This document shows, piece after piece, positions 22,673 to 32,603 of a stretch of DNA of 64,000 nt. The stretch is from an uncultured Acidimicrobiales bacterium (GTDB taxonomy: Bacteria > Actinomycetota > Acidimicrobiia > Acidimicrobiales > RAAP-2), in assembly GCA_963806285.1 (NCBI GenBank), contig CAWDXJ010000008.1:102795-166794 (forward strand), given 5' to 3'. The notes below the pieces were generated by a model. The model worked only from the letters and a program-made list of their open reading frames with translations. It did not search any database and was not told the origin of the DNA. Position 1 is the first letter of the stretch. Each line of letters begins with the position of its first letter. Both the position numbers and the translations under genes were made by a program.

Positions 22673-24986
22673 ACCCCTCGACGTCACCGCGGGCGGAGGC
22701 GCCCGGGTCGCCGACCGAGTCGGGGACGGACGGGAGCCGGGAGCGGAAGCTCCCCCAACTGGCAGGGCTCGGGGTGTCGGTCCTGCGGGGGGTCGGGGCC
22801 ACGGCCGAGCGAGATCTGGCCGAGCTCGGCATCGAGACGGTCCTCGACCTCATCACCCACTACCCGCGGCAGGGGCGATACATCGACGGCACCCGGCTGG
22901 TCCCGATCGCTCACCTGGTAGAGGGGGACCGGGCGTCGGTCCTGGCGGAGGTCATCCGGGTCGGCCGGCCGTCGTCCGGCTACGGACGGGGCCGGCGCAG
23001 GGGACCGGCCCGGGTCGAGGTGGAGATCGCCGATCGCAGCGGCCGCCTCAGGGTGGTCTTCTTCAACCAGACCTGGCGGGCCAAGCAATTGAGCGTGGGA
23101 ACCGAGGCCCTGTTCTTCGGCACCGTCGGCTCCTATCGGGGCGCCCTCCAGCTGAGCAATCCCACGGCCGAGGTGCTCCGGGCCGGCGGGGACCGGTCCG
23201 ACGGGGCCGACGGGGACGACGGGGCCGACGGGGACGACGGGGACGACGGTGCGGACGGGGGCCGGGGGGAGGACGGGTGTTCCCGGTCTACCCGTTGACC
23301 GAGAAGGCCAATCTCACGTCCGCCCGCATCAGCCGCTACGTGGGCGAGGCGCTCGACCGGGCCGGCCGGTTCGCCGACCCGTTGCCCGAAGCCTCGCGCC
23401 GGCGCCTCCACCTGGTCGACCGGACCACCGCCTTCAACCACATCCACCGGCCCTCGGCGATGGACGAATGCGAGCCGGCCCGGCGACGGTTGGCCTTCGA
23501 CGAGCTGCTCCGGCTCCAGTTGGCACTGGTGATGCGCAAGGTCCGCCTGCAACAGGACGCCCGGGGCATTCGCCACACGGTGGCCCGGGCCGACGGCGAC
23601 CCCACCCTGGTCGAGCGCTTCCTCCGGCAGCTGCCGTTCCGCCCCACCGGCGCCCAGCAACGCGCCATGGACACCATCCTCGGGGACCTGGCCGGCCCCC
23701 TGCCCATGCACCGCCTCCTCCAGGGCGATGTCGGCTCGGGCAAGACGGTGGTGGCGGTGGCGGCCCTGCTGGTCGCCGTCGAGGGTGGCCACCAGGGCGC
23801 CCTGATGGCCCCGACCGAGGTACTGGCCGAGCAGCACGCCGCCGCGGTGGCCGCTCTGCTGGCCGGCCTCACCGTTCCCGACCCGGGCACCCTCGAGGGG
23901 AACCGGCCGCTCCGGGTGGAGCTGCTGACAGCCAAGACGCCGGCGGCCAGGCGCACGGCCATCCACGCCGGGTTGACCGACGGCACCGTCGACCTCCTCA
24001 TCGGAACCCACGCGCTCCTCACCGACGAGGTCGGGTTCCGGTCGCTCGGCGTGGTGGTCATCGACGAGCAGCACCGCTTCGGGGTGGAGCAGCGTGCCGC
24101 CCTGCGGGCCAAGGGCCGCGGATCGGAGGGCACCGGCCAGGACCCCGATCTCCTGGTCATGACGGCCACGCCCATCCCCCGCACCGCGGCGATGGTGGTG
24201 TTCGGCGATCTCGACATGACCATCATCGACGAGTTGCCGCCGGGCCGACTCCCGGTGACCACCACCTGGCTCCGGAGCCCGATCGAGTCGGAGGAGGCCT
24301 GGTCCCGGGTGCGGGACGAGGTTGCCGACGGGCACCGCGCCTTCGTGGTGTGTCCCCTGGTCGAAGGGTCGGAGCGGGTGCAGGCCACCTCGGTCGTGGC
24401 CGAAGCGGAGCGCCTGGCCGTCCACGAGCTCTCCGGCCTGCGGGTGGGGCTGCTCCACGGCCAGCTGGCGTCGGCCGAGAAGGAGCGGGTGATGGCCGAG
24501 TTCCGCTCCGGGGCCGTCGAGGTCCTGGTGGCCACCACGGTGATCGAGGTCGGGGTGGACGTGGCCGAGGCCACGGTCATGGTCATCGAGGACGCCGACC
24601 GCTTCGGCATCGCCCAGCTGCACCAGCTGCGGGGGCGGGTCGGCCGGGGCCACGAGCCGTCCTGGTGCTACCTCCTGTCCGAGAACGACGCCCCCGAGGC
24701 GGAGGCCAGGCTGTCGGCCATGGAGCGGAGCACCGACGGCTTCGAACTTGCGGAGGTGGACCTCGGGCTGCGCGGCGAGGGGACCATCCTCGGGGCGCGC
24801 CAGAAGGGCCGGAGCGATCTCAAGCTGGCCAAGCTCTTCTCCGACCAGGACCTGGTGACCAGGGCCCGATCCACCGCCGAGGAGGTGGTCGCCGACGACC
24901 CCGGCCTGACGGCCCACGGGCTGCTGGCCGACGAGCTGCGCCTCTTCACCGACGAGGACGAGGCGGAGTTCCTGTTCAAGAGCTGA
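22669..24986 (+). CDS. recG: ATP-dependent DNA helicase RecG; one frame change at about 23265 just after an internal repeat
   Basis: GTGA overlap with the yloV stop. LITHYPR, VFFNQTWRAKQL, PFRPTGAQQRAM, LLQGDVGSGKTVVA, VVIDEQHRFGV, MTATPIPRT, LHGQLASAEKE, QLHQLRGRVGRG. Confidence 0.9.
23200..23262 (+). repeat. Seven in-frame tandem 9-bp units (gacggggMc) in recG encoding DGADGDDGADGDDGDDGADGG
   Basis: Read directly; followed by a G6 run where the frame changes. Confidence 0.85.
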
Positions 24987-24995
24987 GCCTCCCGT

Positions 24996-25054
24996 GAGCC
25001 GGGCGAGGAGCCGGGCGAGAGTCGGGCGAGGAGTCGGGCGAGGAGTCGGGCGAG
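24996..25054. repeat. Five tandem 12-bp units (gagYcgggcgag; one unit 11 nt) in the recG-rsmD intergenic spacer
   Basis: gagccgggcgag gagccgggcgag agtcgggcgag gagtcgggcgag gagtcgggcgag. Confidence 0.85.
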
Positions 25055-25077
25055 GCCGGGGACGTGCGCGCTGCCGG

Positions 25078-25083
25078 TAGCCT
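25078..25083 (+). promoter_or_regulatory. -10-like TAGCCT, 6 nt upstream of the rsmD ATG (leaderless candidate)
   Basis: ggTAGCCTggggcgATGcgc. Confidence 0.35.
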
Positions 25084-25089
25084 GGGGCG

Positions 25090-25648
25090 ATGCGCGTGAT
25101 CGGAGGAGAGTTCCGAGGCCGGCGCCTCGGTGCGCCCGTCGGTCCCGACCGTTCGTCCGACCTCGGACCGGGTGCGGGAGGCGATCTTCGACATCCTGTT
25201 CAGCCTGGGCGGGGTGGACGGCATGCAGGTCGCCGATCTGTTCGCCGGGAGCGGCGCCCTGGGGATCGAAGCCCTCTCACGGGGGGCGGCATCGGTCACC
25301 TTCGTCGACCGCGACCCTGCCGCACTGGGCGCGGTGCGGCGCAATCTGACCTCGGTGGGACTGGTCGACCCGGAGCGGAGCGGTGACGCCACCTTGGTGC
25401 GCGCCGACGTCGACTCCTGGATCGCCACCACGGCGGCGCGTTACGACCTGGTCCTCTGTGATCCGCCCTACGGCTACGACCGATGGGATGCGCTGGTCAG
25501 CCGTTTGCCGGCCGATCTGGCCATCCTCGAATCCGGGGGTGAGGTCTCGACGCCGCCCGGGTGGGGGGTCGTCAAATCCAGGCGCTATGGGGGTACCATC
25601 GTGACCGTGGCCCGTCCGGAACTGGTCACGGAGAAAGGTGCCTGGTGA
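25090..25648 (+). CDS. rsmD: 16S rRNA (guanine966-N2)-methyltransferase RsmD; one frame change near 25140
   Basis: MRVIGGEFRGRRL, RPTSDRVREAIFDIL, DLFAGSGALGIEALSRGA, VLCDPPY. Confidence 0.85.
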
Positions 25649-26127
25649 GGAGAGCGCTCATACCCGGGTCGTTCGATCCGGTCCACAACGGGCACCTCGA
25701 GGTCATCGAGCGTGCTGCCCGCCTGTTCGACGAGGTGGTGGTGGCGACCCTGCGCAACCCTCAAAAGAGCGAGGCCCTGTTCGAACTGGACGAGCGCCAG
25801 GAGATGCTCGAGGAGTCCTTGAGCCATCTGGTCAACGTGCGCATCGTGTCGGTGGCCACCCTGGTCGTCAACGTGGCCCACGAGGTGGGTGCCAGTGCCA
25901 TCGTGAAGGGCCTCCGGGCGGTCTCCGATTTCGAGAACGAGCTCCAGATGGCCCAGATGAACAAGCAGCTCTCCGGTGTCGAGACACTGTTCATCCCGAC
26001 CAGCTCCGCCCACTCGTTCATCGCCTCGAGGCTCCTGCGGGAGGTGGCCCGCTTCGGCGGCGACGTGACCTCCTTCGTACCCAAGGTGGTGGCCAAGCGG
26101 CTCCAAGAGAAGTTCGCCGATGAGTGA
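25645..26127 (+). CDS. coaD: Phosphopantetheine adenylyltransferase
   Basis: GTGA overlap with rsmD. ALIPGSFDPVHNGHLEVIERA, VKGLRAVSDFENELQMAQMN; intact. Confidence 0.95.
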   Translation: MRRALIPGSFDPVHNGHLEVIERAARLFDEVVVATLRNPQKSEALFELDERQEMLEESLSHLVNVRIVSVATLVVNVAHEVGASAIVKGLRAVSDFENELQMAQMNKQLSGVETLFIPTSSAHSFIASRLLREVARFGGDVTSFVPKVVAKRLQEKFADE

Positions 26128-26731
26128 CCTCTTCGAGGACCTCGAACAGCAGCGCGCCGCGGGCGAGGAGCACGATGCCGAGACGTTGGTCCGGACCGCC
26201 CTCGACCTGGTGCAGACGGCCAAGGCCATGCCCCTGTCGGCATCGGTCCTCATTTCGCGCGAGGAGGTGGCCGACCTGCTGCAGGCGTCACTGGATCGGA
26301 TGCCCGACGAGATCCGGCAGGCACGTTGGCTCCTGAAAGAGCGCGACGAGTTCCTGGCCGAGAAGGGTCGGGAGGCGGACGCCCTGTTGGAGGAGGTCCG
26401 GGTCCAGGCCGAGCGGATGGTTCAGCGCACGGAGATCGTGCGCCAGGCCAACCATGTGGCCCAGCGCATCCTGGACGATGCCAACGAGGAGGCCCGGCGC
26501 CTCCGTCACGAGGCCGAGGACTACGCCGACCAGAAGCTCGCCAGCTTCGAGATCGTCCTGGATCGGACGATGAAGACGGTTCGGGCCGGCCGGGAGAAGC
26601 TCCAGGTGACTCCGATCCCCAACGTGGCCATCGGCGACGGGGGCGACACCAGGGTGACGGACGCCGTCCTCGACGCCGGGGGCCAGCATCTCGACGAGCC
26701 CGAGGGGTTCTTCGACCAGGACCTCGACTGA
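26120..26731 (+). CDS. Conserved actinobacterial coiled-coil protein, Rv2927c/SepIVA-like (recalled similarity)
   Basis: MPLSASVLISREEVADLLQASLDRMPDEIRQARWLL and EDYADQKLASFEIVLDRTMKTVRAGREKL resemble the Rv2927c N- and C-terminal blocks; position is upstream of yceD-rpmF; intact. Confidence 0.5.
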   Translation: MSDLFEDLEQQRAAGEEHDAETLVRTALDLVQTAKAMPLSASVLISREEVADLLQASLDRMPDEIRQARWLLKERDEFLAEKGREADALLEEVRVQAERMVQRTEIVRQANHVAQRILDDANEEARRLRHEAEDYADQKLASFEIVLDRTMKTVRAGREKLQVTPIPNVAIGDGGDTRVTDAVLDAGGQHLDEPEGFFDQDLD

Positions 26732-26744
26732 GCCGGGCCGTCCG

Positions 26745-27344
26745 GTGAGAACCGAGTCCAGCCCGCGGGGGGTGCAATCGGCGACCGGGTCGGCCGCCCC
26801 TCGGCCCACCGCCGGGCGACCGTTCCTCGTCCAGGTGGCCGCCCTGCGCAAGCGGACGGGCACCTCCCGCCACGAGGTCCGACAGGGGGTCATCGACGGG
26901 CTGGGCGCGGTGGCCGTGGCGGTGCCCGCCGGCGCGCCGGTGGTGGCCGACCTCACATTGTCGTCCTACCCCGGAGGGGTGATGGCGGTGGGCGTGGTGA
27001 GCGCACCCTGGGTCGGTGAATGCCGCCGCTGTGGCGGACCCGTAGGGGGAACGGTCACCGCCGGGGTGCGGGAGCACTACGCACCGACCGAGGCGGTCCG
27101 TGAGGACGACGACGCCTATCCCTTGACCGGGGACGAACTGGACCTCGAACCCCTGGCCCGTGACGCGGTGCTGCTGGATCTGCCGCTGGCTCCGCTGTGC
27201 TCGGAGGGGTGCCTCGGGCTCTGCCCCCAGTGCGGCACCAACCGGAATCTGGCCGTCTGCGCCTGCGCCGCCCCGGGCGATCCCCGGTGGTCGGCCCTGG
27301 ACGCCCTGCGCCGTCGCGATCCTGGGGACGGCGACTTCGCCTAG
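26745..27344 (+). CDS. YceD/DUF177 family protein (large-subunit rRNA accumulation protein)
   Basis: CRRCGGP...LLDLPLAPLCSEGCLGLCPQCGTNRN...DPRWSALDAL; directly upstream of rpmF; intact. Confidence 0.8.
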   Translation: MRTESSPRGVQSATGSAAPRPTAGRPFLVQVAALRKRTGTSRHEVRQGVIDGLGAVAVAVPAGAPVVADLTLSSYPGGVMAVGVVSAPWVGECRRCGGPVGGTVTAGVREHYAPTEAVREDDDAYPLTGDELDLEPLARDAVLLDLPLAPLCSEGCLGLCPQCGTNRNLAVCACAAPGDPRWSALDALRRRDPGDGDFA

Positions 27345-27347
27345 GAT
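27342..27347 (+). promoter_or_regulatory. -10-like TAGGAT, 9 nt upstream of the rpmF ATG
   Basis: ccTAGGATgccgtgcctATGgcc. Confidence 0.35.
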
Positions 27348-27356
27348 GCCGTGCCT

Positions 27357-27536
27357 ATGGCCGTCCCGAAGAAGAAGACCTCCAAGTCGAAGAGCCGCAG
27401 CCGCCGCGCATCCAATTGGGTGCTGAAGGCGCCGGCCCGCTCGGTGTGCCCGCAGTGCACGAACGCCAAGCTCCCCCACGTCGTCTGTCCCAATTGCGGG
27501 TGGTACAAGGGTCGCCAGGCGATCGAAGTCGAGTAG
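27357..27536 (+). CDS. rpmF: 50S ribosomal protein L32
   Basis: [21 protein letters not shown]...[23 protein letters not shown]. Confidence 0.95.
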   Translation: MAVPKKKTSKSKSRSRRASNWVLKAPARSVCPQCTNAKLPHVVCPNCGWYKGRQAIEVE

Positions 27537-27543
27537 TCGGAGC

Positions 27544-28581
27544 ATGGCGCGTGGCGGCGCACGGTTGACGGGTGACGCATTCAATTCACTGCCGGTGGCG
27601 GTCGACGCCATGGGCGGCGACCGGGCCCCGGGCGAGATCGTCGCCGGGGCGCTCGAAGTAGCCGCCAAGACCGACATCAAGGTGGTCCTGGTGGGCCCTC
27701 CCGGTGAGATGGGCGACATCGGTGATCTGCCCTTCCTCCCCGCCAACGAGGTCATCGGCATGGACGACGACCCGGGCCAGGGGGTCCGTCGCAAAAAGGA
27801 CTCCACCCTGGTGCGCGCCGCCGAGGCGGTTCGGGACGGCAAGGCCATGGCCATGGTGTCGGCCGGGAACACCGGGGCCGCCATGGCGTCGGCCCTGCTG
27901 CGGATGGGGAGGCTCCCGAGCGTCATCCGGCCTGCCATCGCCACCCCGATACCCAACCTCCAGCGCTCGTGGCCCACCGTGCTGCTCGATTCGGGGGCCA
28001 ATGCCGAATGCACCCCGCCGATGCTGGTCCAATTCGCCCAGATGGGGGCCGCGTTCGCCCGCAAGCGTTACGCCGTGGACAAGCCCCGGGTGGCCCTGCT
28101 CTCGATCGGGGAGGAGAGGTCGAAGGGGAGCCCCCTGGTGAAGGAGGCCCATGCCCTGCTGGACGGGGGCGCGGCCGGCGCAGGATTCACCTTCGTGGGC
28201 AACGTGGAGGGTCGTGACTTCTTCGAGCCGACCATCGACGTCATCGTCACCGACGGGTTCACCGGAAATGTGGCCCTCAAGACGCTGGAGGGCTCACTCC
28301 GTTTCCTGATCGGGGCCGTCACCGGGATCCTGGCGCGACCGGAGCTCAAGCAGGCGGCCGATGACCTCTATCCCCACCTGCTGCCCTTGGCCGCCCCGCT
28401 CGATCCCGAGAACACCGGCGGGGCCATGTTGTTGGGGGTGAACGGAGTCTGCGTGATCAGCCACGGTTCGTCGTCATCGGTGGCCATCGTCAACGCCGTC
28501 ACCGTGGCCCATGACGTCGCCGTGGCCGGACTGGTCGACGCCGTGGCCGGGTCGGTGATCCCGATGTCCGCCGGCGATTGA
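27544..28581 (+). CDS. plsX: Phosphate acyltransferase PlsX
   Basis: VAVDAMGGDRAPGEIV, MVSAGNTGAAMA, VVTDGFTGNVALKTLEG, LLGVNGVCVISHGSS; intact. Confidence 0.95.
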   Translation: MARGGARLTGDAFNSLPVAVDAMGGDRAPGEIVAGALEVAAKTDIKVVLVGPPGEMGDIGDLPFLPANEVIGMDDDPGQGVRRKKDSTLVRAAEAVRDGKAMAMVSAGNTGAAMASALLRMGRLPSVIRPAIATPIPNLQRSWPTVLLDSGANAECTPPMLVQFAQMGAAFARKRYAVDKPRVALLSIGEERSKGSPLVKEAHALLDGGAAGAGFTFVGNVEGRDFFEPTIDVIVTDGFTGNVALKTLEGSLRFLIGAVTGILARPELKQAADDLYPHLLPLAAPLDPENTGGAMLLGVNGVCVISHGSSSSVAIVNAVTVAHDVAVAGLVDAVAGSVIPMSAGD

Positions 28582-28601
28582 GCGAGCGGGGGTCTCGCCC
28601 T

Positions 28602-29548
28602 TCATCCCCAGAACGCGGAGAGCTCCTTCAGGTCGTCGGTGGCCTGTCGGGTGCCCATGGCCAGCGCCCTGGGGACGGCCGCCGGTGACATCAGTTCCAG
28701 CAGGTCGACCTCCGAGGGGGTCCTCAGCACCACCGACGTCCCGGAGCGTTCGAGGTCCTCGACCTCCTGTCGGCCGTCATCCGGATTGGCGGTCATCATC
28801 CCCTCGGAGAGATCGGCCCCGTCGGTGAGGGCCAGGACGAGCACGCGTCCGGACCCGCCCAGCAGGTCGAGATGGGTACCGGTGCCGCTGACGCCGCCAT
28901 CCATGCACCGTCGGTCGCCGATCGGTTGGGGGGCGAAGATGCCCGGGACCGCGCTGCTGGCCGCAACCGCCCGGGCCAGGGTGACCCTGGTGTCCCGGGT
29001 CACCACGCACCGCTCGCCCGTGTAGGTGTCGACACAGGTGATCTGCAGCGCTTCGGAGCTCAGGCGCGCCGGTCCGAGCACCAGCGACACATTTCGGCGC
29101 ATGGCCTCGGCCCTCGGGGTCGCCGCGGCCAGGGCGGCATGCCCGATGGCCTGGACGGTGGCCGGCTCGCCGTCGGTGGCCTTGAGGAAGAGGTCGAGCG
29201 CCACCTGCTGGCTCGGCTTGAGCACCGATGCCGGCGCCAGGGCCGAGACCAGCGCCGGAACCCTGGCCAGGAGCGAGACCTGGGCGTGGAGGAGCTTGAG
29301 CCTCCCGCCGGTCAGGGCCGAGGCCACCATCGAACCGGCGGACGTCCCGACGACCCGATCGGCGCCGTCGAACCGGAGACCAGGTCGGCGAGCGTACGGA
29401 GGTAGGCGGCCTGCCAGGCCACGAAGAAGAGGCCCCCGCCACCCAGGCACAGTCCCCGCTCCACCTGCTGGCCGTATCCGGCCTCGAACGTCCGGGGGAC
29501 GGCGAGGGCCGGGGGTGGGGATGCGGGCACGGCGTCACGGCGGGGCAC
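28602..29548 (-). CDS. Patatin-like phospholipase; one frame change near 29400
   Basis: GLCLGGGGLFFVAW (oxyanion GGxx box), VVGTSAGSMVA (GxSxG), MDGGVSGTG (DGG). Confidence 0.7.
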
Positions 29549-29576
29549 CGTGCGACTGTACCTGGACGGGCGCCGA

Positions 29577-30825
29577 TCAGCGGTTGAGCAGGTCCTTGGC
29601 GATATGGGTGACCTGGATCTCGTCGGTGCCGGCATAGATCTGGAAGACCTTGGCGTCCCTGGCCAGTTGCTCGACCCGGAACTCGGCCATGTACCCGTTG
29701 CCTCCGAAGAGCTGCACGGCCTCCATGGCCACATCCGAGGCGGCCCGGGCCGAGTAGAGCTTCATGGCGGAGGCCTCGGCCAGGCTCAGGCTCCGGCCCG
29801 CCGCCGAGAGCTCGATGTGGCGGAACACCAGGTTCTGCACGTTGAGCCGGGCGACCTCCATGTTGGCCAGCTTGAGCTGGATGAGTTGCCGGTCCCCGAT
29901 GGGCTGTCCCCACAGCATCCGGCTCTTGGCGTACTCGACCGAGAGCCTGAGGCACTCCTCGATGAGGCCCAGGGACATGGCGGCCAGTCCGGCCCGCTCG
30001 GTGACGAAGTTGCCCTTGGCCGAGTCGCGGCCGCTCCCGGCCCGCGGCTCTTCGGTCTCGCCCAGCAGGTGGTCCCGGTCGACGCGGACGTCGGTGAGGA
30101 ACAGCTCGCCGGTGGGTGAGGAGTGGAGGCCCATCTTGCGGAACGGCTTCGACTGATCGAGCCCGGGTGTCCCGGTGTCGAGCACGAAGGTGAGGACCTG
30201 CCGGTCGCGGACCGGCGTGTCCGACCCGTCATCGAGCTTGGCGTAGAACACGATCGTGTCGGCGTAGGGCCCGTTGGTGATGAACGTCTTGTTCCCGTTC
30301 AGGATGTACCCGTCGCCATCGCGACGGGCCGAGGACTTCATCCCGCCCAGGGCGTCCGATCCCGAATCCGGCTCGGTGATCGCCCACGCCCCCACCTTCT
30401 CGCCGGTCAGCAGGTCGAGTCCCCACCGCTCCATCTGGGCGGGCGTGCCCTGCTTCATGATGGTGCCGGCGGCCAGCCCCACGCTCACCCCCATGGCCGT
30501 CACGATGCCCGGGCAGTAGTGGCACAGTTCGATGATCGGGATGAGGGCCAGCGCCGCCGCCCCGCCGTCGCCTGCGCCCGCTCCGCTCCGATCCCGATCC
30601 GGCCGCCGATCCGGCCGCCGATCCGGCCTCCCTGCGCTCGACCTGCTTTTTGAAGCGGTCGCGGGCCAACTGGTCCATCCCGAAGGTCGCATAGAGCTTG
30701 CGGATGATGTCGTACGGGGGCAGGTCCCCGTGCTCGAGGGCCTCGATGTTGGGCACCACCTCGGCCTCGATGAACCGCCGGACGGCGTCGCGGACCATGA
30801 GCTGCTCCTCGGACCATTCGAACAC
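29577..30825 (-). CDS. Acyl-CoA dehydrogenase; one frame change in an internal repeat near 30560-30630
   Basis: GGGAGG RBS + GTG FEWSEEQLMVRDAVRRF, GAWAITEPDSGSDA, GNKTFITNG, LLGETEE, QLFGGNGYMAEFRVEQLARDAKVFQIYAGT. Confidence 0.85.
30590..30631 (-). repeat. About 3.5 tandem 12-bp units (gatccggccgcc) inside the acyl-CoA dehydrogenase gene, encoding (AGSA)n
   Basis: gatccc gatccggccgcc gatccggccgcc gatccggcctcc. Confidence 0.8.
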
Positions 30826-30890
30826 TGGGACCTCCCGGTAGGGCCCTGATCTGCTGCAAAGGGCTGGTCCGAGGCTATCCGAGGTCCGCA

Positions 30891-30896
30891 TACAGT
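30891..30896 (+). promoter_or_regulatory. -10-like TACAGT, 6 nt upstream of GTG 30903 (leaderless candidate)
   Basis: gcaTACAGTcggggcGTGacc. Confidence 0.35.
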
Positions 30897-30902
30897 CGGG
30901 GC

Positions 30903-31301
30903 GTGACCATCCGGATCGGGCGCGGGCCCGAGGAGTCCGCCTACGAGCGGTGGGGCGGGGAAGCGTTCTTCACCACCCTCGTCGAGCGCTTCTACGCCGG
31001 CGTCTCCGCCGATCCCTTGCTCCGGCCCCTGTACCCGGACGACCTGACGGGACCGAAAGCCCATCTGGCGCTCTTCCTCGGCCAGTACTGGGGCGGGCCC
31101 CGCCACTACAGCGAGCAGCGGGGCCACCCCCGGCTCCGGATGCGCCATGCGCCGTTCGTCATCGGGGAGGCCCAGGCCGCCGCCTGGCTGCGCCATATGA
31201 CCGACGCCGTGCACGGGTCCGGCCTGGCCCCCGCCGACCAGGAGGAGCTCCTCGGGTACCTATCGATGGCGGCCAGGAGCCTGATCAACGCCCCGGGCTG
31301 A
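30903..31301 (+). CDS. Group II truncated hemoglobin (GlbO/trHbO-like)
   Basis: FFTTLVERFYAGVSADPLLRPLYPDDLTGPKAHLALFLGQYWGGP..YSEQRGHPRLRMRHAPF; intact. Confidence 0.8.
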   Translation: MTIRIGRGPEESAYERWGGEAFFTTLVERFYAGVSADPLLRPLYPDDLTGPKAHLALFLGQYWGGPRHYSEQRGHPRLRMRHAPFVIGEAQAAAWLRHMTDAVHGSGLAPADQEELLGYLSMAARSLINAPG

Positions 31302-31567
31302 GGTCGGGGACCCGACGGCCGCATCTCGGCCCGGCGGCCCGGCGTCGCTCGGCCGGGGGAGTCCCCCGAGCCCGACGGCCGGCCGGCGTCGCTCGACCGG
31401 GTGAATGTCGTCGTCCGGTATCATCTCTCCAGGTGGCAGGGCTGCGGGCATCGGTCGGCGGCGGGTCCACGTCACCGGCCGGGCCGCCCCGCAGCGGCTC
31501 CTGCCCACCGGCGCCGACCCGGACGATCCGACCACCACCCACAGATACGACGACCACAGGAGAGACC

Positions 31568-31863
31568 GTGCCCGCAGAGACCCACATGGAGAAGGCTCCC
31601 CTCGACCGGACCCAGGTCCTCGACCTGATCCGCGACCTGCTCGCCGACATCCTGGAGATCGAACCCGCCGCGACTCGGAGTCGTCGTCGTTCGCCGAGGA
31701 CCTCGATGCCGATTCGCTGGCGCTGATCGAGCTGGTGGAGGGTCTCGAGGAGGAGTTGGGGGAGCGGTCGGTGGGGTTCCGCATCGACGACGAGGACCTC
31801 GAGGAGCTGCGGACCGTGCGGGATGCGGTGGACTACGTCTTCGCCAAGCTCGGAGGGGCCTGA
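31568..31863 (+). CDS. Acyl carrier protein; one frame change near 31670
   Basis: RBS caggagag + GTG. VLDLIRDLLADILEIEP, then FAEDLDADSLALIELVEGLEEELG (DSL phosphopantetheine site) and LRTVRDAVDYV. Confidence 0.75.
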
Positions 31864-31871
31864 GGACCCCG

Positions 31872-32603
31872 ATGGCGTCGTCCGCCGGCGACCCGGCAAC
31901 GCCCGGGGTGGAGGACCGGCTGGCGGAGAGGATCGGGTACCGGTTTTCCGATCCGGCCCTCCTCGACCGGGCCATGGCCCACCGGTCGTGGTGCGCCGAG
32001 CAGGAGGGTCGCGCCTCGAACGAGCGCCTCGAGTTCCTCGGCGACGCCGTCTTGGGCCTGGTGGTCGCCGAGCACACCTACGGCAACCACCCCGAGCTCT
32101 CGGACGGGATGATGTCCAAGGTCAGGGCCTCGGTGGTCAACACCAAGGTGCTGGCCGAGGTGGCACTGGACCTCGGGGTGGACGAGTATCTCCGGCTGGG
32201 CCGGGGCGAGGACTCGTCAGGAGGCCGGACCAAGGACTCGATCCTGGCCGACGCCACCGAGGCGGTGATCGGGGCCGTCTACCTCGACGGGGGGCTGGCG
32301 GCTGCCGACCGACTGGTTCTCTCCCTGCTCGGGGACAGAATTGCCGCCGCCGTGGGCGAGCCCGGGGTGTCCGACCACAAGAGCCGACTCCAGGAGCAGT
32401 CCGTGCGCCTCGGGCGGGGCATCCCCCGCTACGAGGTGGAGGGATTCGGGCCCGACCATGCCCGGAGGTACCTGGCCACGGTGTACGTTGCTGGCCAGCG
32501 CCTCGGAGCGGGGGAGGGGCGGTCCAAAAAGGACGCCGAACAGGTCGCCGCCCAGGTCGCCTGTGGATCGTTGGAGGTTGAGAGAGGCGGAGGGGATGCC
32601 TGA
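31872..32603 (+). CDS. rnc: Ribonuclease III
   Basis: NERLEFLGDAVLGLVVAEHTY, KDSILADATEAVIGAVYLDGG, C-terminal dsRBD; intact. Confidence 0.95.
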   Translation: MASSAGDPATPGVEDRLAERIGYRFSDPALLDRAMAHRSWCAEQEGRASNERLEFLGDAVLGLVVAEHTYGNHPELSDGMMSKVRASVVNTKVLAEVALDLGVDEYLRLGRGEDSSGGRTKDSILADATEAVIGAVYLDGGLAAADRLVLSLLGDRIAAAVGEPGVSDHKSRLQEQSVRLGRGIPRYEVEGFGPDHARRYLATVYVAGQRLGAGEGRSKKDAEQVAAQVACGSLEVERGGGDA

